A stretch of DNA of 64,000 nt, taken from IMG/VR virus record IMGVR_UViG_3300047471_000949. One strand, 5' to 3'. Shown piece after piece: positions 53,014 to 62,655 of this stretch. Positions within the stretch are counted from its first letter, which is position 1. Each line of letters begins with the position of its first letter. The stretch is from a virus (taxonomy: Duplodnaviria; Heunggongvirae; Uroviricota; Caudoviricetes). The notes beneath the pieces were generated by a model. It ran no database searches and had not been told where the DNA came from. It saw only the letters and a program-made list of their open reading frames with translations. Made by a program: the position numbers and the translations under genes.

Positions 53014-55494
53014 ATGAGCTTTTACACAAACTGCTTTATCAGAAACGGAAAAGTTTATCTTCGTGGCTTCAACGACGCCAACGAATCATTTATTGATATT
53101 ATAAAAGACTGGCAGCCGTATCTGTTCTTTCCAGGTAATGGTCCTTATAAGACCATTGACGGAAAGTCGTGCTTCAAAAAAGAGTTCCCTTCACTCAATG
53201 CTGCTTACAAGTTTAAGAAGCCGTATGAAGAGGCCGGCAACGCCGAGTTCTATGGGATGACGCAGTTCGTCTATCCGTTCCTCAACGACAAATATCCTGG
53301 CGACATCCAATACGACAACAAGCTGATATCGGTAGTGTCTCTCGATATCGAGGTGGACTCCACTAACGGCTTCCCTAATATTGAGGCAGCCAATCAGGAA
53401 ATCACTGCAATCACTATCGTTAAAAACAATGAATCGCTAACCTTTGGAACCAAGGATTTCCGAACCAAGGGAACACAAGCTTATGTTATGTGTGTTGACG
53501 AAAAGGATATGCTGCAATCATTCCTTGCCGCCTGGAACTCATCAAACTGGTGTCCTGATATTGTAACTGGCTGGGGCGTCGATCACTTCGATATTCCCTA
53601 CCTATTCCATCGTATCAAAAATGTGTTATCTGAAACCAGCGCCAATAAACTCTCGCCATTCGGCTTCGTTGATCTGAAAGAAACCATCCGACCCAAAGGA
53701 TCGAACTATAGAAACTTCAATGACCGAAAAGAACAGGTGTATGTACTATATGGAATCACGGTCCTCGATTATCTTCAGCTCTATCGCAAGTTCACCTTCA
53801 TCAACCACGAATCCTATGCGTTGAATAACATCGCCAAGGTTGAGCTGGGTAAGCAGAAAATTGATTATGGCGAATATAAAAACCTCGACAATCTCTATAG
53901 CCAGAACCCCCAGTTATTCTATGAATACAATATCGAAGATGCGTTCCTGGTATCGCAACTAGAAGACAAGCTCAACTTCATTAAACAGGTTGTCTCAATA
54001 GCCTATCTCGCCAAAGTCAACTATATCGATGCGATGGTTACCCTACGGCCGTGGGATGTTATTATTCACAACTATCTGCTGGAAAAACAGATCGTTATTC
54101 CGCAAACGGATCGAAGCCATCATTACCAAGAAATCCTTGGGGGTTATGTAAAAGAGCCACAAGTTGGAATGCATAAATGGGTCGTTTCGTTCGACTTCGA
54201 TTCACTATATCCATCCATTCTAAGCCAGCATAATATCTCACCGGAAACGTTGTTGACTAAAATGGAGTCAAACCGCCCCGAAGATATCGTCAAGTATAAC
54301 AAGTTCCCTAAACACGACGATGATATTGTCTGCGCCAATGGCTGTGTTTATCGTCGCGATATTCGGGGCTTCATTCCTGATATCGTTGATAAGTTCAAAG
54401 ACCTTAGAGCATCAATCAAACGCAAAATGCTTGAACTGGAAAAACAAACCAGCTATGAAAACCATAAAGAAATCGAACATCTGGATCATTACCAGCAAGC
54501 CTTGAAGATTCTGAACAATGGACTTTACGGGGCGCTTTCGATGCGTTTCTTCCGTTGGTATAATGCTGATCTTGCTGAGTCGGTAACCTACACCGCACAA
54601 GTCTGCACCAGATATGTAGAAAAGGAACTCAATAGCTATCTAAACAATATTTTAGTGAGCGGAGACAAAGATTATATTGTGGAAGCGGATACCGATTCGG
54701 TTTATATAAATCTGGAACCTCTTGTCGTGCAATGTGACATGCAGAATAAACCCACCGAGAAAGTTATTGAATGGCTTGATAAAATCTGTAAGAAATGTCT
54801 TCAACCTCTTATCAAAGGATATTGTTCGCAACTTTGTGATAAGCTGTCGGTCTATGAACCTAAGCTCAATATGAAGCGAGAGGTTATCTGCGACAAAATG
54901 ATTATTCGCGCCGCCAAGATGTATGCCCTCCACATCTGGGACAAGGAAGGTATTCGCTATAAGGAAGGACAAATCAAGACAAAAGGAATTGAGGCAGTTC
55001 GATCATCGACTCCAATGATCTGCCGCGATAAGATCAAGGAAGCCATCAAAATCATATTCAAACAAGACGAAAAATATCTCCAGGACTATATCGCGAACTT
55101 CAAGAAAGAGTTTATAGAACTACCATTCGATCAGATTGCATTTCCAAGAACTGTAAATGGGATACTCGAATATGCGACGGCTTCAAGTAGTATTCCCATT
55201 CACGTCAGAGGCGCCCTAGTTTATAATCTTGCGATCCAGGAACTGGACCTGCTAAAGAAGTATAAACCTATAAAGGACCAGGAGAAGATTCGGTTCTGTT
55301 ATCTACAAAAGAACAATCCATTCAACTCGCATGTTATCTCTTGTTCCGATGAACTGCCTAAGGAGTTCGAGTTGGACGATTATCTTGATCGAGAAACGCA
55401 ATTTCAGAAGGCGTTTCTAGGACCAGTCGAGAGTATCACGTCGATTATAGGTTGGAAAACGGTGAATACGCCGGACTTGAAGGATTTTATTTGA
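53014..55494 (+). CDS. gp43: DNA polymerase gp43 (family B)
   Basis: Exo I VSLDIEV; pol motif A SFDFDSLYPSI; motif B KILNNGLYGAL; motif C EADTDSVYI; N-terminus collinear with T4 gp43. Confidence 0.95.
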   Translation: MSFYTNCFIRNGKVYLRGFNDANESFIDIIKDWQPYLFFPGNGPYKTIDGKSCFKKEFPSLNAAYKFKKPYEEAGNAEFYGMTQFVYPFLNDKYPGDIQYDNKLISVVSLDIEVDSTNGFPNIEAANQEITAITIVKNNESLTFGTKDFRTKGTQAYVMCVDEKDMLQSFLAAWNSSNWCPDIVTGWGVDHFDIPYLFHRIKNVLSETSANKLSPFGFVDLKETIRPKGSNYRNFNDRKEQVYVLYGITVLDYLQLYRKFTFINHESYALNNIAKVELGKQKIDYGEYKNLDNLYSQNPQLFYEYNIEDAFLVSQLEDKLNFIKQVVSIAYLAKVNYIDAMVTLRPWDVIIHNYLLEKQIVIPQTDRSHHYQEILGGYVKEPQVGMHKWVVSFDFDSLYPSILSQHNISPETLLTKMESNRPEDIVKYNKFPKHDDDIVCANGCVYRRDIRGFIPDIVDKFKDLRASIKRKMLELEKQTSYENHKEIEHLDHYQQALKILNNGLYGALSMRFFRWYNADLAESVTYTAQVCTRYVEKELNSYLNNILVSGDKDYIVEADTDSVYINLEPLVVQCDMQNKPTEKVIEWLDKICKKCLQPLIKGYCSQLCDKLSVYEPKLNMKREVICDKMIIRAAKMYALHIWDKEGIRYKEGQIKTKGIEAVRSSTPMICRDKIKEAIKIIFKQDEKYLQDYIANFKKEFIELPFDQIAFPRTVNGILEYATASSSIPIHVRGALVYNLAIQELDLLKKYKPIKDQEKIRFCYLQKNNPFNSHVISCSDELPKEFELDDYLDRETQFQKAFLGPVESITSIIGWKTVNTPDLKDFI

Positions 55495-55526
55495 CATCTC
55501 TGACTCTATCTGATAAGGTGAATATT

Positions 55527-55730
55527 ATGGAAGGATGTATTATTGGTAGCTTATTTTTTCCAGAAGACACCGGCCCCGGCCATCCTGGGTTTTCTATTAG
55601 ATACCACAATGGTTACCAAGCCTATGTAAATGGTTACTGGAAAAAAATAAATCATATAACATTATTCTGGGATTGGAACCTATATCCACGTCCTGAAGTT
55701 GTTTATGGTCACTTTTGGGGAACATTATGA
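55527..55730 (+). CDS. hypothetical small protein
   Basis: ATG at 55527 (the track starts at 55452, inside the gp43 end). Confidence 0.35.
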   Translation: MEGCIIGSLFFPEDTGPGHPGFSIRYHNGYQAYVNGYWKKINHITLFWDWNLYPRPEVVYGHFWGTL

Positions 55731-56086
55731 AAATCGATGATTATGTGAAGAAAAGTCAATCAACTATTCGCTATGATATTTTTATGGCTGGTGATATCTC
55801 CCAGGTTAAACAAGTATGTCGGGAATACTGTGAAGTCGGGCTATGTATCACTATCGAACCAGTCGACTTTATCTATACTGGAGGCGAAGAGGTGGGATTT
55901 AAGATCGGCCTTATAAACTATCCACGATTCCCCACCAACCATAACCAAATTAGGAACCACGCCATTGCATTAGGTCACGAAATAAGAACGCGGTTATGTC
56001 AGAACTCGTTTCTGGTTATAGGACCAGATTACACCGAATGGTATTCGAGACCATTATTAGATGTTGAACAAAAGGAAAGTAAATGA
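55727..56086 (+). CDS. hypothetical protein
   Basis: ATG at 55727, ATGA-coupled; 119 aa. Confidence 0.35.
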   Translation: MKIDDYVKKSQSTIRYDIFMAGDISQVKQVCREYCEVGLCITIEPVDFIYTGGEEVGFKIGLINYPRFPTNHNQIRNHAIALGHEIRTRLCQNSFLVIGPDYTEWYSRPLLDVEQKESK

Positions 56087-57114
56087 ATAAACTACTTGAA
56101 AGAATGAAGCTGGCTGGAACCATAAAAGAATCCGAGATTCTTGCTGATTCAGAGTTCTTTACCAGCAAGGATATTACTTCAACCGAAATCCCTATCCTAA
56201 ACTTAGCGTGTTCAGGGGAGTTCAAAGGCGGACTATATTCAGGTATAACAGTGCTTGCGGGTTTGCCTAAATCTTATAAGACCTTGTTGGCGCTTTATTG
56301 CTTGAAAGCATACCTTAATAAGCATAAAGACGCGGTTGGGCTTATCTATGATTCCGAGTTTTCAATTACTCCTGAATATCTCAAGATGTATGATATTGAC
56401 AGTGAACGTATTATTCATGTTCCGGTCACAAGTCTTGAAGTTATGAAGTTCGATATTGTGAACCGCCTGGAAGCAATCAAACGAGGCGACGATAAAGTTT
56501 TCATTTTGGTCGACTCAATGGGGACGATGGGATCACTAAAAGAGATTACAGATAGTCTAGCCGAAAAGTCTACTGTTGATATGACCAGGTCCAAAACTAT
56601 TCGCTCTATCTTCCGAATGATAACTCCACATATGACAATGAAGGATATTCCTTGTATTGTTATCCAACACGTTTATCAGACACTTGATCTATTCTCAAAA
56701 ACGGTAGTTGGGGGAGGATTGGGGGCTATGTATAACGCCAATCAAGTATTCATTATCACCAGGGCACAAGACAAGGATGATGATGGAATCAAGGGTTATT
56801 TCTTCACTATTAACATTGATAAATCCAGGTTCGTTAGGGAAAAGTCCAAGTTCCCGTTACATATCACATATGATGAAGGAATCGATAAATGGTCGGGGCT
56901 ACTTGACATTGCGCTGGAAACAGGGTATCTTATCAAACATAAAACCAAACCCTTAACATATTCAATTAAAAGCGTCACAACTGAAACAGCCGGCGACGTC
57001 AAATACACCGAGGAGGAACTAACAGAAAGTGGTGTATGGGAAGCTTTGATTGATCTGCCAGAGTTTGATAAAGCCGTATCAGACAAATATAAGTTACAAA
57101 AACATGAAGCGTAA
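56083..57114 (+). CDS. uvsX: UvsX RecA-like recombinase
   Basis: Walker A GLPKSYKT (T4 UvsX GPSKSFKS); Walker B VLVDSMG; RecA-fold length, 343 aa. Confidence 0.9.
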   Translation: MNKLLERMKLAGTIKESEILADSEFFTSKDITSTEIPILNLACSGEFKGGLYSGITVLAGLPKSYKTLLALYCLKAYLNKHKDAVGLIYDSEFSITPEYLKMYDIDSERIIHVPVTSLEVMKFDIVNRLEAIKRGDDKVFILVDSMGTMGSLKEITDSLAEKSTVDMTRSKTIRSIFRMITPHMTMKDIPCIVIQHVYQTLDLFSKTVVGGGLGAMYNANQVFIITRAQDKDDDGIKGYFFTINIDKSRFVREKSKFPLHITYDEGIDKWSGLLDIALETGYLIKHKTKPLTYSIKSVTTETAGDVKYTEEELTESGVWEALIDLPEFDKAVSDKYKLQKHEA

Positions 57115-57247
57115 TCAAAAACTTTCACATAAAGAGTTTGCTGAACTGCTTCGTTATTTAGAGCTAGCTCTGCAATATGAAGAAATTGAGTTAAACTATC
57201 AGCTGCAGAAACATAAAGAAAATGGTAAATGCAAACATCCCAACTAA
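57104..57247 (+). CDS. hypothetical small protein (gp40/41-adjacent)
   Basis: ATG at 57104 (MKRNQKLSHKEF...); the track starts at 57050. Confidence 0.3.
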   Translation: MKRNQKLSHKEFAELLRYLELALQYEEIELNYQLQKHKENGKCKHPN

Positions 57248-58590
57248 TTCTCACCAATCTAATACAGAATGAGACATACCTTAGAAAAGTTTTTCCATAC
57301 CTAAAAGAGTCCTATTTCGATAATCCAGCCGATATTGCGGTATTCAAGATTATCAAGGATCATGTCGAAAAATACAATCAAAGACCTTCACAAGAGGTGC
57401 TTGAGGTTGAACTGGAAAATCTCAAAGGCATATCTCAGGACAGCTACAAGGGCTGTAAGGAGCTAATAAATAGCTTAGCATCACCCTCCCCGCAAGACCT
57501 CGACTGGTTGGTAAACACCAGTGAAAAATGGGCGAAAGAACGAGCAATATTTAATGGCCTTACCGAATCACTTGAAATCTTCAAAGACAAGTCAGGAAAA
57601 AAACCTCAAGGAGCTATTGTCAAAATACTCGAAGATGCCATATCAGTATCATTTGATCAACGCCTTGGTCATGATTGGCTGGCTGATGCTGATTCTCGCT
57701 ATGACTGGTATCATACAAAAGAAGTTAGAATCCCTTTTGACATCGATAAACTGAATGAAATAAGCGGCGGAGGACTCCCCAAGAAATCGCTAATGATTAT
57801 TATGGCCGGTGTCAATGTGGGAAAAACAGCCGCAATGTGTTCAATGTCGGCATCACATATGATTACTGGCAAGAACGTTCTTTATATTACTATGGAAATG
57901 TCCGAAGAAATGATTGCAATGAGAGTCGATGCAAATCTTCTCAATACTTCAATGAATGATCTAGCATTGTTAGACAAATCAGATTATGATAAGAAAGTAA
58001 ATTATATCCGCACAAAGACACCAGGCAAGCTCAAGATACATGAATACCCAACTGGAGGAGCCTCGGTCAATCACTTCAGACATCTACTGCACGAACTAAA
58101 GTTTAAAAAGAAGTTCGTTCCAGACATTCTCTATATCGATTATCTCAATATCTGTTGTTCATCACGGATCAAAATGACAGCTCATGTCGGATTATATACC
58201 TATGTGCAGGCGATAGTTCAAGAGGTTAGAGGATTGGCAGTTGAATACGACATTCCAATCATCACTGCAACCCAGTTAAATAGAGAAGGCTACGTATCGT
58301 CTGATCCTGGAATGGAACATATCGCCGAATCATTCGGAACTGGAGCTACTGCTGATCTTATCATTGCCATTATGATAAATGATGAGTTGGCGTCGTTAAA
58401 CCAGATCATGGTCAAGCAGATCAAAAACAGATTTGGCGATGTTCACAAAAACGAGCGGTTTATTATCGGCAGAGATATTGATAAGATGCGGCTATATAAT
58501 GTGGATCGAACAGCTCCTTCTAAGGAAGTGGTTCATCTTCATCAGGAAAAGTTTGATGACAAGAAGAAAATATTTGCGGAGTTTAAATAG
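57229..58590 (+). CDS. gp41: replicative DNA helicase gp41 (DnaB family)
   Basis: Walker A MAGVNVGKTA; Walker B ILYIDYL; RecA-like C-terminal domain; 453 aa. Confidence 0.9.
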   Translation: MQTSQLILTNLIQNETYLRKVFPYLKESYFDNPADIAVFKIIKDHVEKYNQRPSQEVLEVELENLKGISQDSYKGCKELINSLASPSPQDLDWLVNTSEKWAKERAIFNGLTESLEIFKDKSGKKPQGAIVKILEDAISVSFDQRLGHDWLADADSRYDWYHTKEVRIPFDIDKLNEISGGGLPKKSLMIIMAGVNVGKTAAMCSMSASHMITGKNVLYITMEMSEEMIAMRVDANLLNTSMNDLALLDKSDYDKKVNYIRTKTPGKLKIHEYPTGGASVNHFRHLLHELKFKKKFVPDILYIDYLNICCSSRIKMTAHVGLYTYVQAIVQEVRGLAVEYDIPIITATQLNREGYVSSDPGMEHIAESFGTGATADLIIAIMINDELASLNQIMVKQIKNRFGDVHKNERFIIGRDIDKMRLYNVDRTAPSKEVVHLHQEKFDDKKKIFAEFK

Positions 58591-58599
58591 GAAACTAAA

Positions 58600-58851
58600 A
58601 TGACTGAAAATTTCGAAAAATACTCCTTAGAGCGTAGCATAATCGATATTGAAAGGTTGGCCATTTTTATATTCGACTATGAGACAGGAGGAAGAATACT
58701 CACTCCAGCAGGAAGTATTGAAGGTTGGATTGGGGCTTGGTTCCCGGAACAACTCAAGGACACCTATCGAGCCAAGGCATTACATATCCTAGAATGGCTT
58801 TCTGAAAACGGGGAAAGAGCAAAACTACAAGCCACTAATACTAGCTGGTAA
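58600..58851 (+). CDS. hypothetical protein
   Basis: 83-aa ORF. Confidence 0.35.
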   Translation: MTENFEKYSLERSIIDIERLAIFIFDYETGGRILTPAGSIEGWIGAWFPEQLKDTYRAKALHILEWLSENGERAKLQATNTSW

Positions 58852-58868
58852 ATACGATAAATAACCCG

Positions 58869-60836
58869 ATGATAAAACTCCTCCGGGAAATCACCTCAGA
58901 CATAACCAGACTCGTCATTGTTGACGCAGCGGTATTCAACGACCTCAAGTATCTGACTGAATCCGCCGAGGCAATGGAGAAGCACAAACAAAAAAACAAG
59001 AAGCTGAAGCATCTTACCCATCTTGAGGATATGATCCTGGTCGGAGGTCAAGAAGGCTTTGATTCTGTTCTCTCAACGTTGGGTAAAACCCATGACTATC
59101 TTCAGGGAAAACGTCGTGATGGTTTCAGTCTTGCGACAAAGTTTGATGGCTCTCCAAGCATTATTTGGGGCTATGATCCTGAAGGCAAGTTCTTTGTCGG
59201 GACCAAGTCGTTCTTCAATAAGACCCCCAAGATAAATCACGACAATAAAGAAATCGATGCTAATCACAGCAAATCTCCTCGCTTAGCCGAGAAGCTAAAG
59301 TTTCTCCTTCCCCTCCTAAAGAAGGTGTCTCCTAAACAAGGCATATTCCAGGGTGACCTGATGTATAGTGCCGATGAGGTGCAAAAATCGTCCAATACCA
59401 ATCTCTCGTTCACTCCAAATACCCTCACTTATAATGTCGATAAGAACTCCTATGAAGGACAACAGGTAATGAAGTCCAAGGTGGGTATTGCCGCGCATAC
59501 CCATTATGAACAACAGCCAAACGGTGAGCTTCGTGCAGTATTCGACGTGGATATGTCCAAGTTCACACCATCGGATGATATTCACTTTCTTCCGACCAAG
59601 CTGCGAGGACCGTTCGAATACAAGCCTGCAGCCATCTCGAAGTTCGCCGATGCGCTCAGCTCCGCCCAGAAGATGAACCAAAAGCTACAAAAATCAGGGG
59701 CGTTCGAGGCCATAAAAGGCCATGAAACTCTACTAATGTCGTATGTAAACAACGTGATCAAAAACAAAAAGGCTCCTTCTCCCGAAGGCTATGTAGCGTT
59801 TATCTATGGCCAACTCAAAAAGAAAACCGAACATCTCAAGTTGGATAAGACCAAGGTCAAATGGAAAGGAGTTTTAGATACCGAAGTTAAAAATGTTATG
59901 GACAACAAACAAGCATTCTCTGATATCTTTAAAGCCCATCGCTATATCCAGGATGCAAAGAATGTCCTGGTAGATGTATTGTCAAAGAACTCGTCGTATA
60001 ATGAAACCATTCTCGGAGACAAATCAAAACCTGAAGGCTTTGTCGCCTCAATCAATGGTCAGCCGACCAAGCTGGTAGATCGTGAACACTTCTCCGCGGC
60101 CAACCTGGACTTCAACTCCAAGGTCGATCCTTCGGAAAATCCGTTGGTGTTATCGTTTGGTCGAATGAACCCTCCAACGGTAGGGCACGGGAAACTGATC
60201 GCAAAAGGTGCCGATATTGCTCGACGCATCGGAGCTAAACAATCCGTAGTAGCCAGCAGGTCACAGGACCCTAAAAAGAATCCACTCTCTCCCACTCAGA
60301 AAATATCGTGGCTCAAGTCAATGTTTCCAGGAACCAACACCTCAATCGCTGCTCCAGATGCGCCAACCTTGGTGGCTCAACTTCAACACGCATACAATCA
60401 GGGGGTAAGAGACCTGACTATGGTTGTTGGAGCCGACCGGGTCGCCCAATTTCAACACGTCCTTTCCCACTACAACGGAGAAGGACCCGGCAAGCTATTC
60501 AACTTTCACCGAGCCAGGATCGTGTCGGCAGGAGAACGTGATCCAGATTCAGAAGATGCTACAGAATCAATGAGCGCCTCCAAGATGCGAGAAGCCGCCA
60601 AAAAAGGCGATTTCAAGACCTTCCAGTTAGGCGTTCCTCCACATATCAAACCACCTCAGGCGCAAGAGATGTTTCACACGCTCCGGGCGGAAATGGGCGG
60701 AGTAAAAATCGATCAGTCTACTCCCGGACATGTTCTCTCGATCTATGCTAAACGAGAAGCCAATGATAAGATTGGTATGGCTTCTAAACAAGAGATAGAA
60801 CGACGGAAAGCTCGAGGACTCTGGAAGGGCGCATAA
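58869..60836 (+). CDS. two-domain protein: N-terminal polynucleotide-ligase-like nucleotidyltransferase plus C-terminal NMNAT/cytidylyltransferase-like domain
   Basis: N-terminal: KxDG motif I (ATKFDGSPSI), motif IV EGFVASI/EGYVAFI, motif V KLVDREHF. C-terminal: (H/T)xGH motif GRMNPPTVGHGKL and SASKMREA matching the NMNAT ISSTxIR. Confidence 0.5.
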   Translation: MIKLLREITSDITRLVIVDAAVFNDLKYLTESAEAMEKHKQKNKKLKHLTHLEDMILVGGQEGFDSVLSTLGKTHDYLQGKRRDGFSLATKFDGSPSIIWGYDPEGKFFVGTKSFFNKTPKINHDNKEIDANHSKSPRLAEKLKFLLPLLKKVSPKQGIFQGDLMYSADEVQKSSNTNLSFTPNTLTYNVDKNSYEGQQVMKSKVGIAAHTHYEQQPNGELRAVFDVDMSKFTPSDDIHFLPTKLRGPFEYKPAAISKFADALSSAQKMNQKLQKSGAFEAIKGHETLLMSYVNNVIKNKKAPSPEGYVAFIYGQLKKKTEHLKLDKTKVKWKGVLDTEVKNVMDNKQAFSDIFKAHRYIQDAKNVLVDVLSKNSSYNETILGDKSKPEGFVASINGQPTKLVDREHFSAANLDFNSKVDPSENPLVLSFGRMNPPTVGHGKLIAKGADIARRIGAKQSVVASRSQDPKKNPLSPTQKISWLKSMFPGTNTSIAAPDAPTLVAQLQHAYNQGVRDLTMVVGADRVAQFQHVLSHYNGEGPGKLFNFHRARIVSAGERDPDSEDATESMSASKMREAAKKGDFKTFQLGVPPHIKPPQAQEMFHTLRAEMGGVKIDQSTPGHVLSIYAKREANDKIGMASKQEIERRKARGLWKGA

Positions 60837-60860
60837 ACTAAATAAATCCAGGAGAATACT

Positions 60861-62057
60861 ATGGTTCAGGCATATTTTACAAATCCAACGGCGCAGCGAC
60901 TACACGAAACAAAGGTTTCTGTAACTAAACAGGATGAACCCGAAAGCCAAATCGAAGAAGCCAAAGATCATAATGGCGATACATGGAAGTTGTTAAAAGG
61001 TGTATCCCGAAACGAAAAACATCCTTCATATAATAAAGCAATTAGTCGCCCGATGAGCCAAAATGTCTGGCATAACACCCGAACCGGCGAGTGCCACGAA
61101 GGAGATATGCGGCACCATTCATCTGGTCATATTGCGCCAGAAGGTGATATGTATGGCCAAACAGGAGCTTCCCCCCGAATGTTCCACATCTCTCACTACT
61201 CAAAAGCCAAACACGTCAAAGAAGAAGCCGAAATAACCGAAGCCGGAAAGGTACACGGAACTGGCGGATATTGGTCAAAGGAGAACGGTAAGCCTAAATT
61301 TCTTCCCTATAAAAGCTATGAGGAATCTGGTCGGGAAGAACGTGAAAAGCGCACCAAACGAGACCAAAGCCTCGCAAAGGCAAATGTCGCTAAAAAAGAA
61401 GAAACTGAAGTAGACGAAGACGTTCGAACTGTTTCAGTCAAGGGTTACAGCGGCAGCAAACGACAGAAACCTGAATATCGAAAAAGCACCAAAGGCTATA
61501 TCAACTTCAAGGGAGGTCAACCTGCTAGTGAGGCCGATCGCAAGGTACTAGATTATCACAAAGGCGAAGCCGGCAAAGTAGGCAAGAAAGTAGTGCTTCG
61601 CTACCGCGGTTCCTCAGAACAACGACCAGGAACCTATTGGCCGCAATCATCTCGATTAAGAAGTAAGGCAACTGGAGCTGCAGTCTACTATAAGGAGCCA
61701 TGGCAACTCGGGGGTCGACAACGTAATAAAGAATACGATAAACGCCGTGTAGAAAGATTGAAAAAAGAAGAAACTGAAGTAGATGAAGGCTGGGCCGAAA
61801 AGGCAGTATCACGAATCCATAAGTTCAAGACTGGCCAATATAAAGGACAACCAGGTTATGGTTCACGAGGCAAAAGCTATCAAGCCTCTATAAACACCAA
61901 CAAAGCTGGTCAACCCGCTGGTCCAGAAGATCGTGCAATGGTAGCTATTGCTCAACTCAAAGGACCAACCAGAATAAAATATCGTGGTCCGAGTAGCTGG
62001 TATGGTGGCGGTCATCCTAAGAAAGGGGCCGTTGGTGCCGATATTTACAAAAAATAA
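60861..62057 (+). CDS. hypothetical lysine-rich protein with internal KKEETEVDE repeats
   Basis: 398 aa; two copies of KKEETEVDE(D/G) about 125 aa apart; GYxxK-type basic repeats. Confidence 0.45.
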   Translation: MVQAYFTNPTAQRLHETKVSVTKQDEPESQIEEAKDHNGDTWKLLKGVSRNEKHPSYNKAISRPMSQNVWHNTRTGECHEGDMRHHSSGHIAPEGDMYGQTGASPRMFHISHYSKAKHVKEEAEITEAGKVHGTGGYWSKENGKPKFLPYKSYEESGREEREKRTKRDQSLAKANVAKKEETEVDEDVRTVSVKGYSGSKRQKPEYRKSTKGYINFKGGQPASEADRKVLDYHKGEAGKVGKKVVLRYRGSSEQRPGTYWPQSSRLRSKATGAAVYYKEPWQLGGRQRNKEYDKRRVERLKKEETEVDEGWAEKAVSRIHKFKTGQYKGQPGYGSRGKSYQASINTNKAGQPAGPEDRAMVAIAQLKGPTRIKYRGPSSWYGGGHPKKGAVGADIYKK

Positions 62058-62062
62058 AAACT

Positions 62063-62070
62063 ATAAATAG
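62063..62070 (+). promoter_or_regulatory. T4-type late promoter TATAAATA
   Basis: Exact match about 30 nt upstream of the 62101 gene. Confidence 0.5.
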
Positions 62071-62100
62071 ACAAGTACAACCACCCACGGGGAACTTGTC

Positions 62101-62655
62101 TTGATCCAAAATCTTTCACAAATCGACCTGCTCGTTGAAAGCGGCCTAGCCCCCATCAAAAAACTACCCTACGCCAGAATCGTTCTGGGCGATGTACCAC
62201 AAGGCATTACCTCGATGGTTTACAGAGACCTGGCCATCGAAATCTTCTCCAAAATCACCGATCATATTCTGAATGACTCAATCCTGTATCAACGGCTTCG
62301 CCAGTTGTTGATGCAGGAATCGCCAATGTCGTCACGAGCCTTTGAAGCGCTTATTACAAAGGCTGAGAAAGCCTCTATCCCTCTGGACGTAGTCATTGAG
62401 GTGTATAATCGTGGTTATGCTGATAATCCTGGAATGCTTTCGCACGAGCAGCACGCCTTCAATCGGGTAAATAGTTTTATTGCCGGAGGGCTGGCTCGAC
62501 AATGGGATGCAGACCTGCTTGATGAAATGGAACTGGAAGCAAAGGATCGTGAGGAAGGCAGTGATTCGTTGGTAAAGACCTATCAGCAAGACACCCCAGG
62601 AGAACCTGGATATAAGAAGACCTTGAATACTATTAGGAAGGTCCTCAAGAAATGA
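62101..62655 (+). CDS. hypothetical protein
   Basis: 184-aa ORF (TTG start in the track; first ATG at 62215). Confidence 0.4.
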   Translation: MIQNLSQIDLLVESGLAPIKKLPYARIVLGDVPQGITSMVYRDLAIEIFSKITDHILNDSILYQRLRQLLMQESPMSSRAFEALITKAEKASIPLDVVIEVYNRGYADNPGMLSHEQHAFNRVNSFIAGGLARQWDADLLDEMELEAKDREEGSDSLVKTYQQDTPGEPGYKKTLNTIRKVLKK

